NCBI GenBank assembly: GCA_040776945.1
Contig: JAXGZN010000001.1
Location: 320,001 to 384,000 of the forward strand
Reading direction: 5' to 3'
Length of the DNA stretch: 64,000 bases
From: Methanomassiliicoccaceae archaeon
Lineage (GTDB): Archaea > Thermoplasmatota > Thermoplasmata > Methanomassiliicoccales > Methanomassiliicoccaceae
In this document: one piece after another, positions 30,810 through 39,965 of the stretch
How the letters are laid out: every line of letters starts with the position of its first letter
Position numbering within the stretch: the stretch's first letter is position 1
The notes under the pieces: model-generated
The model's database searches: none
What the model was told of the DNA's origin: nothing
Seen by the model: only the letters and a program-made list of their open reading frames with translations
Position numbers and translations under genes: made by a program

Positions 30810-31913
30810 TCATAGCAGAGGCTCGATCAGCTCGACCAGGTCGATTATCTCCACCTTGGCCTTGGAGCTTTCCTTTCCAACTTTCAGGTTGTTCACGCAG
30901 AATGGGCAGGTGGTCACCATGACATCGGCGAACTTGGCCTCCTCCACCCGCTTCTCCGCGATCTGACCGGACAGCTCGGGGTAAGCGGAGCGGACGCCTC
31001 CACCGCCGCCACAGCAGCGAGAGGTCTCGGCGTTGCGGGGCATCTCCTTGAACTGCGCTCCCGGGATCTTGGCCAGCACCTCTCTCGGTGCCTTGTACAC
31101 CTTGGTGTGCCGTCCCAGGTGGCACGGGTCATGGTAGGTTATCTTCTTCTCCAGCTTTGAAGGCTTGAGGTCCTTTGACGCTAGATATTCAGCCACATGG
31201 AGCACCTTGAACGGCACGTCCACATGCCTCGGGTACTCCTCCTTGAACATGCGGTAGCAACCTGCGCAGGAGAAGATCACCTCCTCCACTCCCAGGGAGA
31301 CTATGGCGTCGATGTTCTTCCTCATCTGCGCCGCCACATCCTCCTCCTTCCAACCGATCCTTTCCATGACGCTGCCGCAGCAGGACTCATCCAGCAGGGT
31401 GTAGTCCTCGCCCAGCTTCTTCAATATCGATATCGTGGCCTTTGCCGTCGAAGGGTTCCGATAGGCCGAGGTGCACCCGATGAAGTAGCCAAGCTTGGCC
31501 TTTCGAGGCTTTTCCCCGAAGACCTCGGGGACGGGGCGCCGCTCCGCGTAGGGGTTGCCGTTGTCGAGGATGCTTTCGACCACCTTGCGGTGGCTGGGCA
31601 GCATTATTCCTGAGGCGACGATATCCCTTCGGGCCCGCTCGACTATGTCGACGACCTTCACTTTTGACGGGCAACGACGCTCGCAGTCCTTGCAGGTAGT
31701 GCATTGATAGAGGGCCTCCACCACCGACTCGTCGGCCGGTATCTCGCCCTGCATGAGCCCGTAAGAGAGGATCACCCTGCCTCTCGCCACCCCGGGGTCC
31801 CAACCGATGTCCTCGAAGGCCGGGCACACGCTCTTGCAAAACCCGCACATGGTGCAGGTCATCATCTCTTTCTTGACATCCATGAGGTTCTTCGCATCGA
31901 TCTTGTCGGCCAT
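30810..31913 (-). CDS. HdrD/GlcF-like Fe-S oxidoreductase (two 4Fe-4S sites plus two CCG domains)
   Basis: CTMCGFCKSVCP, CTTCKDCERRCP, ESCCG, YHDPCHLGR, CCGGGGG, TCPFC. Confidence 0.88.
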   Translation of the reverse strand: MADKIDAKNLMDVKKEMMTCTMCGFCKSVCPAFEDIGWDPGVARGRVILSYGLMQGEIPADESVVEALYQCTTCKDCERRCPSKVKVVDIVERARRDIVASGIMLPSHRKVVESILDNGNPYAERRPVPEVFGEKPRKAKLGYFIGCTSAYRNPSTAKATISILKKLGEDYTLLDESCCGSVMERIGWKEEDVAAQMRKNIDAIVSLGVEEVIFSCAGCYRMFKEEYPRHVDVPFKVLHVAEYLASKDLKPSKLEKKITYHDPCHLGRHTKVYKAPREVLAKIPGAQFKEMPRNAETSRCCGGGGGVRSAYPELSGQIAEKRVEEAKFADVMVTTCPFCVNNLKVGKESSKAKVEIIDLVELIEPLL

Positions 31914-31914
31914 C

Positions 31915-33156
31915 CTATCCCACCCTGGGAACTGTTATGCTGCCATCCATGTTGATCAGCACCTTGGCATCCTTGTTCTTGGCCAGCGCGGCGTCGACGG
32001 CCTCTTGCACCGTGGCGAACGGCCTGATGTTGGCCTTTTTCAATAGCTCAGGGTCGAGATCTGTGACGGCCCAGACATCAGCCCATACTGCGATCTCGGC
32101 CATCTTGGCCGCCTTATGGTAGCCGAGCTTGTACTCCTTGGCCAGGTTCTCCAGGACCTTGCGGGGGTCCTCGGACAAGGATAGTTGTTGAAGGAAGGTA
32201 TCGTGCCCTATGCCTTCCCGGCACTTCGAGACCATGATGATCGTTCCCCCTTCCTTGAGGGCCCACTTGCCGTTGTCCAGCGCCTTCTGTGACTGGTAAA
32301 GGTCAACGTCCATGGGGTATGGGGCGATCGATACCACGATTTCCGCTTTTTCCTTGATCTTGACAGAGAACACCTCATTGGCCCACTTGACGGCGTGGGC
32401 GAACGACTCGTGCAGGTCCCCGGCCTCTACCTTGTAGATGTTCTGGTGGCGATCGAGCACTATTTGGATAGCGAATATGGGCTTGTCCTTCACCACCTTC
32501 AGGGCATCCATCATGTCCTCGTGCACCGGGTTCCCCTCGAGCACCAGGGCCTGTGCCTCTTGCTTCATCGCCAGCTTGTGGTTCTGTTCGATCGTCTTCC
32601 TGGCCGCCACACCTGGCAGGAACGATTTCCTGCCGCCGGTATAACCGGCGAAGTAGTGCGGTTCCACCGATGTGATGATCACGAGCCGATCGGCGTTCAC
32701 CGCCATCTCGTTCACCAGCATCTCGGTGCCGTTCTTTGAGGTGCCCAGGAACACGCAGGGATCGTTCCTGGAGCTATGAGAATGGATGTTGGGACGGAGC
32801 TTCTCCAGATGTTTGCCGAATATGAAGCGGTACTCGCCCTCGGTCGGGGCCCGGTGATCGCCTGTGGCGATGAGGTACCTGGCATTTGTGAGGTCCATCC
32901 TCTCGGCCAGCGCATCCAGGACCTTGCAGGTCGGCGTCGGTCTGGTCCCGTCGTTCACGATGAACACGATGTCCTTGCCGCCCTCCAGGAACTTTTCCAG
33001 AGAGGGCCCGGCCACCGGCCTGTCGAGGGCCCGCCGCAGCTCAGCGCGCTCGTCGCCGACCTCCACGTCCTTAGGATATATCTTACCGGCGAAGTTCTCC
33101 TCTGGCAGATTGAGGAACTGCTTATCGTCCTTTCCGTAAGGGATGGTCAATCTCAT
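31915..33156 (-). CDS. larA: Nickel-pincer-dependent lactate racemase family protein
   Basis: M..TIPYG start, NDGTRPTP, ATGDHR, EPHYFAGYTGGRKS, DLYQSQKA. Confidence 0.88.
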   Translation of the reverse strand: MRLTIPYGKDDKQFLNLPEENFAGKIYPKDVEVGDERAELRRALDRPVAGPSLEKFLEGGKDIVFIVNDGTRPTPTCKVLDALAERMDLTNARYLIATGDHRAPTEGEYRFIFGKHLEKLRPNIHSHSSRNDPCVFLGTSKNGTEMLVNEMAVNADRLVIITSVEPHYFAGYTGGRKSFLPGVAARKTIEQNHKLAMKQEAQALVLEGNPVHEDMMDALKVVKDKPIFAIQIVLDRHQNIYKVEAGDLHESFAHAVKWANEVFSVKIKEKAEIVVSIAPYPMDVDLYQSQKALDNGKWALKEGGTIIMVSKCREGIGHDTFLQQLSLSEDPRKVLENLAKEYKLGYHKAAKMAEIAVWADVWAVTDLDPELLKKANIRPFATVQEAVDAALAKNKDAKVLINMDGSITVPRVG

Positions 33157-34092
33157 GGCTTGGTCCGTTTTGGAATGATGGACCCCGTATTTTAAACTTT
33201 GATAAGGTATGACATGGTATCGGGAGCTTTCCGACAGGGTCCGGACCGTAGCTGCGAAAAACACCTTTTCAACAACACTCAGGTGCACTTATGGACCCAT
33301 GCGCGGAGATAAGCGTAGGCCCCGGCCAAAATGCTTGAACCGTTTGCCTGCCTCGAGCGATCGGGGCCCGCTTGAACGCATGATCATCACAGCATTTCCA
33401 CTGCCTCTAAGCCGGAGCGGCGCAAGATATCGATGCGCTCCTCCGCCATGGTCGGGAAGCGTTCCGTCGGCCCTAGCGTTGTGGACGGTCGCTTCCTCCA
33501 GGATGCTGCAGTTCTCCATCGAGGACCGTTGCCAATAACGCTCGCCCATCTCGGTCCCTCTCCGGTTTGAATGAGGTATGTTCGAAAAGGCCACGAGGAC
33601 TACTGACCGCCAGGAGGTCAATGCAGGCTTGCACGCCTTTCACCATCTCATCCATCGAGAGGTGGTGATGGCATTCGAACGCGGTGATCGCATAGAACGT
33701 TCCCTCAACACGACCTGGGAGTCCCTGCCCTCCCTTCGCCGCCGAGGCCCCTTCCCGCCCCTCCGGCATGGAGATCGACGGGTCAATGATCATGAGGTTG
33801 GTGTCCGGTTGAGGGTCGAGCATGGTCCCACTCTTGACCCCGGCGTCGCGCCTGGCATCCGACCAGTGCTTGATCGGGCAAGCGGAGGATGTTCATCGCC
33901 TACCGGTGGACCATATCGTCCTGAGGAATGACCTTACGCATCCTGTCATCAAATCCGATCGGAAAATGGGGAGAGCGGTCTCGAGAGATTGTCCGATCCA
34001 GCATCAGCCCCATGCACGATCGCCCTCGGTGAAAGCGGCACTTAGCGATGAAAAATGGAAATGATATATGCCTGGAGGTCTGTTCGCAGAGC

Positions 34093-35049
34093 ATGAAGAC
34101 CTTGGCCGATCTCGGGGAAAAGGCCGTCATCTCGCAGCTCCTTGATGATGTGAGGACCAGCGCCGTTGTGGGCCCTGGGGATGATGCCGCGGCGGTGGAG
34201 CTCGGAGATAAGTGCGTGGTAATCTCGACCGACGTGGTCTCCCGGGCCTCCCATCTTCCCAAGGGGATGACAGATTGGCAGATAGGCTGGTTCGCCGCAG
34301 CGGTGAACTTCAGCGACATTGCGGCCATGGGCGCACGGCCGGTAGGCCTGCTCTTGGCATACGTGCTGCCTCGCGACCTGCCATACGAGGACCTTGCTCG
34401 CATCAGCAAGGGGGCTCAGGACTGCTGCACGTTCGTCGGCGCGGAACTCCTAGGGGGGGATACAAAGGAAGGGGACAGCATGGTCATCGCCGGCACCGCC
34501 TTGGGTGTGGCGGACAAGGGCAAGCTGCTGCTCCGTCGCGGTGCTCGGAAAGGGGACCTTCTGGCCGTGACCGGCCCTATCGGTTCGGCAGGGGCAGGGT
34601 TCACCGCTCTGAAGAGAGGCATCTTTGCTCCCCGCTCGGTCAAGGCGCTGCTTGAGCCGCAACCCCGGACCAAGGAGGGTATGTCGCTATCGTCCTCGGG
34701 CAGGGTCACCTCGTGCATGGACATCACCGACGGCCTCGCCTACTCGGTCGGAGAGCTTTCCCGGCAGAGCGGGGTTGGATTCGAGGTCCAATGGTGCTCG
34801 ATCCCCCGGGGTGAAGAGGTGGCGAAGGTCGCCGCCAAGAGCGGGGTGGCGATAGAGGACATGGTCCTGCACTTCGGTGGCGACTACGAGCTCCTGTTCA
34901 CCATATCACCTGGAGGTTATGAGGAGCTGAACAAAGAGCTTGGAGGCAGGCTGCATATCATAGGGCGAGCCATCGAGAAGGAAAATGTATTAATCAGAGA
35001 TGATGAGGTAGTTCAACTGGACACCAGGGGCTATGAGCATTTCAGATGA
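34093..35049 (+). CDS. thiL: Thiamine-monophosphate kinase
   Basis: GPGDDAA, NFSDIAAMGA, GGDT, MDITDGL, GGDYELL, GYEHF. Confidence 0.93.
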   Translation: MKTLADLGEKAVISQLLDDVRTSAVVGPGDDAAAVELGDKCVVISTDVVSRASHLPKGMTDWQIGWFAAAVNFSDIAAMGARPVGLLLAYVLPRDLPYEDLARISKGAQDCCTFVGAELLGGDTKEGDSMVIAGTALGVADKGKLLLRRGARKGDLLAVTGPIGSAGAGFTALKRGIFAPRSVKALLEPQPRTKEGMSLSSSGRVTSCMDITDGLAYSVGELSRQSGVGFEVQWCSIPRGEEVAKVAAKSGVAIEDMVLHFGGDYELLFTISPGGYEELNKELGGRLHIIGRAIEKENVLIRDDEVVQLDTRGYEHFR

Positions 35050-37165
35050 CGGCAGGCATGAGGCAAGGTTCTGGTTCACTGAGGGAGAGCGCATACGATG
35101 CCGCCTATGCCCACATAACTGCAGCATCAGCCCTCTGAGGCGCGGGATCTGCGGGGTCCGGGAGAACCGCGACGGCAAGCTGTACAGCATGAACTATGGC
35201 AAGGTGTCGTCCATTAACGTGGACCCCATCGAGAAGAAGCCGCTGTTCCACTTCTATCCTGGAGAGGAGGTGTTCTCCCTCGGCAGTGTGGGATGCAATT
35301 TCAGGTGCAGGCATTGCTTTGTTCCTGGGACCTTCGTCGTGACGAGCGCAGGATCGCATCGGATCGAGGAGATAACGGGGATAGACAAGGACGAGCTGTT
35401 GACCCATTCCGGAAGGTTCATGAAGGTCAAGGACGTCTTCGACCACCATTATGCCGGCCAAGTCTGCAGGGTGAGGCCTGCGAACCTACCTGAGATCGTT
35501 TGTACTCCACAACATCGGTTCCTCGCTTCGGTCGGTCCTAGCTCAGATCTCGTTCATATTGTAGAGGCCCAGGAACTAAGAGAGGAACATTTCGTCGTGA
35601 TCCCCAAGAGGAAAGAGGCGGGTGAGGTCCAGAGCACCGGCCACAGGCCGGCCGATGGTAATGCTCCCGATAGTACACGTCATTGGCGCCATGCCTCCCC
35701 TGAGGCTGGGACCGACCCCAGGTTAGCGCGCCTCCTTGGCCTTTTTTGTGCCAGAGGACAAGTGAGCGGGCTTGCCGGCAGAGCGGACCTGTTTGACATC
35801 CTTCTCTCCTTTGCCTCCTCGGATAACGGCCTTGCCGAAGAGGTTCAGGCCGCCTGCCATGACCTTTTCGGCGCCGATGTTCGTATTGACAATGGAGGGC
35901 GATCGCTCAAGGCCTGCGTAGGAGTGTCGATCGCCAAGATGTTCGTAGAACTATGCGGTGCCGACAGCATGACCAGGAAGGTGCCTGGCTTCATGTTCAA
36001 CAGCCCTAAAGGTATCGTTGGTCCCTTTCTTCAAGGTTATTTTGAAGGCAACGGATGTTATAGGAATGACCGCTCAGAGGCTTATGCCGCCTCCAGATCA
36101 TTGGCGATGGGCATCTGCGAGCTTCTGATCAACCAGGGAGCGGTCCCTGCGCTCGATCTATGCGGCCCTGATGCGCAGCGTCCGTCGGTCGGCGGAAAGG
36201 CGGAGCTCTGTGCCGAGCATGTCATCCGGGTCCCCTCAGCGTTCGACTTTGTTCGAGGGAAATGGAAGAGCGGGTACAGACCGTTCTACCACGAGGACGA
36301 GAATTATTTCTTCATTCCGGTCCGTTCGGTCTCCAGAGAACAGTATGAGGGCAGAGTCCACAACTTAGAGGTGGAGGGGGACCACACATATACGGCCAAC
36401 TTCGCGGCAGTATGCAATTGCCAGAACTACAACATCTCCATGGCCTCTCTCAGCGAGTTCGGGCTGAAGGACATTAGGCCGGAGGAGGTCTCGGAGATGG
36501 CACTGTCCAACGGCTGCCGGGGGATCGCCTTCACCTACAACGAGCCGACCATATGGCATGAGTTCGCCTACGACGCCATGGGGCCGGCCAAGGAGAAGGG
36601 CATGTTCACCGTCTACGTGACCAATGGCTACATCCAAGAGGATCCCCTCCGCGAGCTGTCTGACCGACTGGACGCAATGAACATAGACGTCAAGGGCTTC
36701 AGCCAGCGGTTCTATGATAAGGTCTGCCTTGCATCGCTGCAGCCGGTGCTCGACACCGTCGCCTTGGCGCACGGGCTGGGGATCCACATCGAGCTCACGT
36801 ACCTGATAATCCCCGGAGAGAATGACCAAAGGGAGGAGATAAGGAGGTTCTCGGAGTGGGTGTCCGACCTGGATCCCCGCATTCCTGTCCACTTCACCAG
36901 GTTCCATCCGGACTATAAGATGGCCGACAGGCCGCCAACGCCCATCCCGACGATGGAGATGGCACGAGATGTCGGCAGGGAGGCGGGCCTGAAGTTCGTC
37001 TACCTCGGCAACGTTGCGCTCACGCACGGCGAAGATACCTTCTGCCCGGAGTGCCGCCGCCTTGTCGCTGAGCGCCGGAGGTTCGGGGTCATGAGGGTCG
37101 AGGCCCGAAACGGGCGCTGCCCGAGCTGCGGGCATGATCTGTACATGGTCCAAAGGAGCGGTTGA
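35033..37165 (+). CDS. amrS: AmmeMemoRadiSam system radical SAM enzyme, intein-containing (342-aa extein)
   Basis: CRLCPHNC, DPIEKKPLFHF, GCNFRCRH/CQN, FTYNEP, HFTRFHPDY, YLGNV. Confidence 0.9.
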   Translation: MSISDDGRHEARFWFTEGERIRCRLCPHNCSISPLRRGICGVRENRDGKLYSMNYGKVSSINVDPIEKKPLFHFYPGEEVFSLGSVGCNFRCRHCFVPGTFVVTSAGSHRIEEITGIDKDELLTHSGRFMKVKDVFDHHYAGQVCRVRPANLPEIVCTPQHRFLASVGPSSDLVHIVEAQELREEHFVVIPKRKEAGEVQSTGHRPADGNAPDSTRHWRHASPEAGTDPRLARLLGLFCARGQVSGLAGRADLFDILLSFASSDNGLAEEVQAACHDLFGADVRIDNGGRSLKACVGVSIAKMFVELCGADSMTRKVPGFMFNSPKGIVGPFLQGYFEGNGCYRNDRSEAYAASRSLAMGICELLINQGAVPALDLCGPDAQRPSVGGKAELCAEHVIRVPSAFDFVRGKWKSGYRPFYHEDENYFFIPVRSVSREQYEGRVHNLEVEGDHTYTANFAAVCNCQNYNISMASLSEFGLKDIRPEEVSEMALSNGCRGIAFTYNEPTIWHEFAYDAMGPAKEKGMFTVYVTNGYIQEDPLRELSDRLDAMNIDVKGFSQRFYDKVCLASLQPVLDTVALAHGLGIHIELTYLIIPGENDQREEIRRFSEWVSDLDPRIPVHFTRFHPDYKMADRPPTPIPTMEMARDVGREAGLKFVYLGNVALTHGEDTFCPECRRLVAERRRFGVMRVEARNGRCPSCGHDLYMVQRSG
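35315..36418 (+). mobile_element. Intein (368 aa) with degenerate LAGLIDADG homing endonuclease
   Basis: Block A CFVPGT, block B CTPQHRFL, block F/G YEGRVHNLEVEGDHTYTANFAAVCN followed by extein Cys; LLGLFCARG and FLQGYFEGNG remnants. Confidence 0.92.
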
Positions 37166-37457
37166 GCGGCTCGGTCCGAGGAGCTGGGCCAACGTTTCCA
37201 AGAAATGACGAGCTGGAGGTAGGCGAGGTCCCTCTTAGCCTGTCCCGCGGCGCCGATGCTCGTGATCCATGGCCCGCCGAAACGCCCAGGGACGTCGTGG
37301 CCGTGGCGGTCCTGATGCGCCGTACCGGCAGGGAGATAGGAAGAAAGAAGGGCGCTTGCCGGGTTGAAGGGACGGGGACCACGCTGAGGAGCGGCATGTC
37401 CCTCTAGGTCGCAAGCGTCTCTGTGCGGCCTCTGTGCTCTGAGATCGATATGTTATA

Positions 37458-38342
37458 TCAGCTCAGGAACAGGAAGATTATGTTGCCGACCACGACCGAG
37501 AACGCCAGGGAGGCGGCGATAGGGATAAGGAACGGTATCTTGGGAGTTACCCAGACCTCCTTGGACCCAAGCTCCGCCAATCTGTCGAGGTCGGCGGCGG
37601 TGTCCTCCGACGGCCCGGGGAAGACGCTGAACTTCCTTTCGCCGTTCTCAACGCGTTCCATCGGCCACACGTGCTTTTTCCTGGCCTCCGCCAAGGGCAT
37701 GACGTACCCGAAGGCCATGGCGGGGAACCTGAACTGCCGCCTGGAGATGTTGATAGCCATCATCGCCACCGGCACCGCGAGGGTCAGGATGGCCGCGTTG
37801 AACAGGACCAGCATCGGGAACGGTAGCACGAACTGAGCGGTCTCGAAGGGGATGGCGATCAGCGGTAGAGGACCTATCTGGGGATAGGTCGGGAACATTA
37901 TGGCAAGCGCGATCAATGCCTTGGCATCGGCCCCGCCCTTAATGACATCGAACTGATACAGCAGGATCAGCGCCAGGAACATTATGGGCACCATCATCAG
38001 CTGCCAGAAGTATAGTTCGGAATGGAATTGGTAGACCATCCATCCAAGTATGGCAAGGCCGGCGGCGTAAAGTGCCAGTGGAGCTACGTTTATTCCGTCC
38101 TCGAACATCCCCCTGCGCTCCCAGAATATGTCGACGAAGAATATCGCTATGGGCACGAGGATCGCCAAGTAGGTGAGGTCTGCCCCGTCCATGACCATCT
38201 GGGCGGCTATCAGCACCATGCCCGCTCCCCCGATTACCATCCAATAGGCGTCAGAGGCCTCTCTTGTCCTCCAATCCGATCGGGCTGCCAGCGTCAGGGC
38301 GGCGAGAGATATGGAGACCTTGAGGAGGGGCATCCAGTCCAT
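37458..38342 (-). CDS. A24 family prepilin/prearchaellin peptidase
   Basis: SDWRTRE and GGADAK aspartate motifs, VWVTPKIPFL C-terminal motif, multiple TM helices. Confidence 0.88.
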   Translation of the reverse strand: MDWMPLLKVSISLAALTLAARSDWRTREASDAYWMVIGGAGMVLIAAQMVMDGADLTYLAILVPIAIFFVDIFWERRGMFEDGINVAPLALYAAGLAILGWMVYQFHSELYFWQLMMVPIMFLALILLYQFDVIKGGADAKALIALAIMFPTYPQIGPLPLIAIPFETAQFVLPFPMLVLFNAAILTLAVPVAMMAINISRRQFRFPAMAFGYVMPLAEARKKHVWPMERVENGERKFSVFPGPSEDTAADLDRLAELGSKEVWVTPKIPFLIPIAASLAFSVVVGNIIFLFLS

Positions 38343-38429
38343 GATGGCGGTCAATCAGGGATCGGATAAATATCCTTCTCCCCGATTTTCAGGGAAGATT
38401 AATTAAGCAAAAACCGTTCCGCCCAGACA

Positions 38430-39965
38430 ATGAGAGAGAGCTTGGTCCTTTCCTCCCTTTCTGTGGTCCTCATCGCAGTCCTTCTCGCCCCCTCGGTCGC
38501 GGCCGAGGGCGTCAACGTCCTGGAGATGAGCGATGGCTATGACAAGATCGAGGACGCATCGGAGTCTGTGAGCTTCACCTGGGTGATCTATAATAACGAC
38601 ACCGGACCTTATTTGGTACAGGCCGCCGCGGCAATGGGGCTGGATGGTTCAGGGGCATATCCGCACAATATCGCTCTGAGCATGAACCATAATTACAGCA
38701 CTCTGGCCCCTGGGCAGAGCGGAGAGATCGTCCTGACCGTTTCCGCGGACAGGACCGCGTCGTCCGTCGATTTTCCGGTGTACGTGAACCTCACCTTCAC
38801 CCGCATGGACGCCCCTGAGCAGGTACAGCTCGTCTCCAAGACCGTGCATGTTCACGTTATTGCGATGTTCGAGTCCAGCGGCAACCGGATCTTCGGGACC
38901 TGGGAGAACACATTGCCGGCCCCGTTCAACTCCGTGGAATGGTCGTTCGTTCTCACTATACTAATGTGGGTCCTGATCGCCGCGGCGATCTACTTCGTCA
39001 TCGACCCCATCATCCATAAGTTCACCAGGAAGACCAGGACCGATCTTGACGATCGGATACTGGAGATCACCAGGATGCCTATCTTCGCCCTGATCATCTC
39101 CTTTGGCCTGGTGGACTCCCTCGCCATCCTGGACATATCTCAGACGCTGCACTTCACTATCATGCAGATTTACGAGGTGGGGGTGGTCCTCATCATCGCC
39201 TACACCGCATACCGTATCTTCGACCGGGTGGTTATCTTCTACGCCCAGAAGTGGTCGGCCAAGACCGACACGGAGATCGATGATGTGTTGGTGCCCCTTC
39301 TTCAGAAGGCAGGCGTAATGATCATACCCTCTATCGGACTTGTGACCGTCCTCAGTATACTGGGCATAAACGTCACGCTGCTGATAGCCGGCATGGGGGT
39401 CATCGGACTTGTTGTAGCCTTCGCCGTGCAGCAGACCTTGGGGAACCTCTTCGCTGGACTGCAGCTCCTGCTCGATCGCCCGTTCAAGGTGGGAGACCTG
39501 ATCGAGCTGGAGTCCGGTGACGTCTGCGAGGTGAGAAAGATAGGCCTCCGTTCCACGACCATGTACAACACTGGTGATCATGAGATCATCATAGTGCCGA
39601 ACAATGACATGGTCAACAAGAAGGTCGTTAACTACTCGAGACCGGACCGCCATCGCTCCATGAGCTGCGAGATCGGCGTTGCCTACGGCACCGATCTGAA
39701 CAAGGTTAAAAGGTCCCTTCTGGACGTGGCGATGGAGCATCCGGACGTCATCAAGGAAGATGGTCAGATGCCGTACGTCCGCCTGGCAAGGTTCAGCGCC
39801 TCCTCGGTCGACTACAAGCTATGGTACTGGGTGGACATCAAGAACATGTGGAGGGTGGCCTCTGAGGTCCGGCAGGCGGTTTACGACCGCTTCAACAAGG
39901 AAGGAATCGAGATACCTTTCCCACAGAGCGTGGTGACCTTCAAGAACGGCGTTCCTCAGGAGTGA
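38430..39965 (+). CDS. MscS-family mechanosensitive channel with large N-terminal extracellular domain
   Basis: AFAVQQTLGNLFAG, DRPFKVGD, IGLRST, IVPN, GIEIPFPQ; signal peptide plus about 130-aa beta-rich N-terminus. Confidence 0.9.
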   Translation: MRESLVLSSLSVVLIAVLLAPSVAAEGVNVLEMSDGYDKIEDASESVSFTWVIYNNDTGPYLVQAAAAMGLDGSGAYPHNIALSMNHNYSTLAPGQSGEIVLTVSADRTASSVDFPVYVNLTFTRMDAPEQVQLVSKTVHVHVIAMFESSGNRIFGTWENTLPAPFNSVEWSFVLTILMWVLIAAAIYFVIDPIIHKFTRKTRTDLDDRILEITRMPIFALIISFGLVDSLAILDISQTLHFTIMQIYEVGVVLIIAYTAYRIFDRVVIFYAQKWSAKTDTEIDDVLVPLLQKAGVMIIPSIGLVTVLSILGINVTLLIAGMGVIGLVVAFAVQQTLGNLFAGLQLLLDRPFKVGDLIELESGDVCEVRKIGLRSTTMYNTGDHEIIIVPNNDMVNKKVVNYSRPDRHRSMSCEIGVAYGTDLNKVKRSLLDVAMEHPDVIKEDGQMPYVRLARFSASSVDYKLWYWVDIKNMWRVASEVRQAVYDRFNKEGIEIPFPQSVVTFKNGVPQE

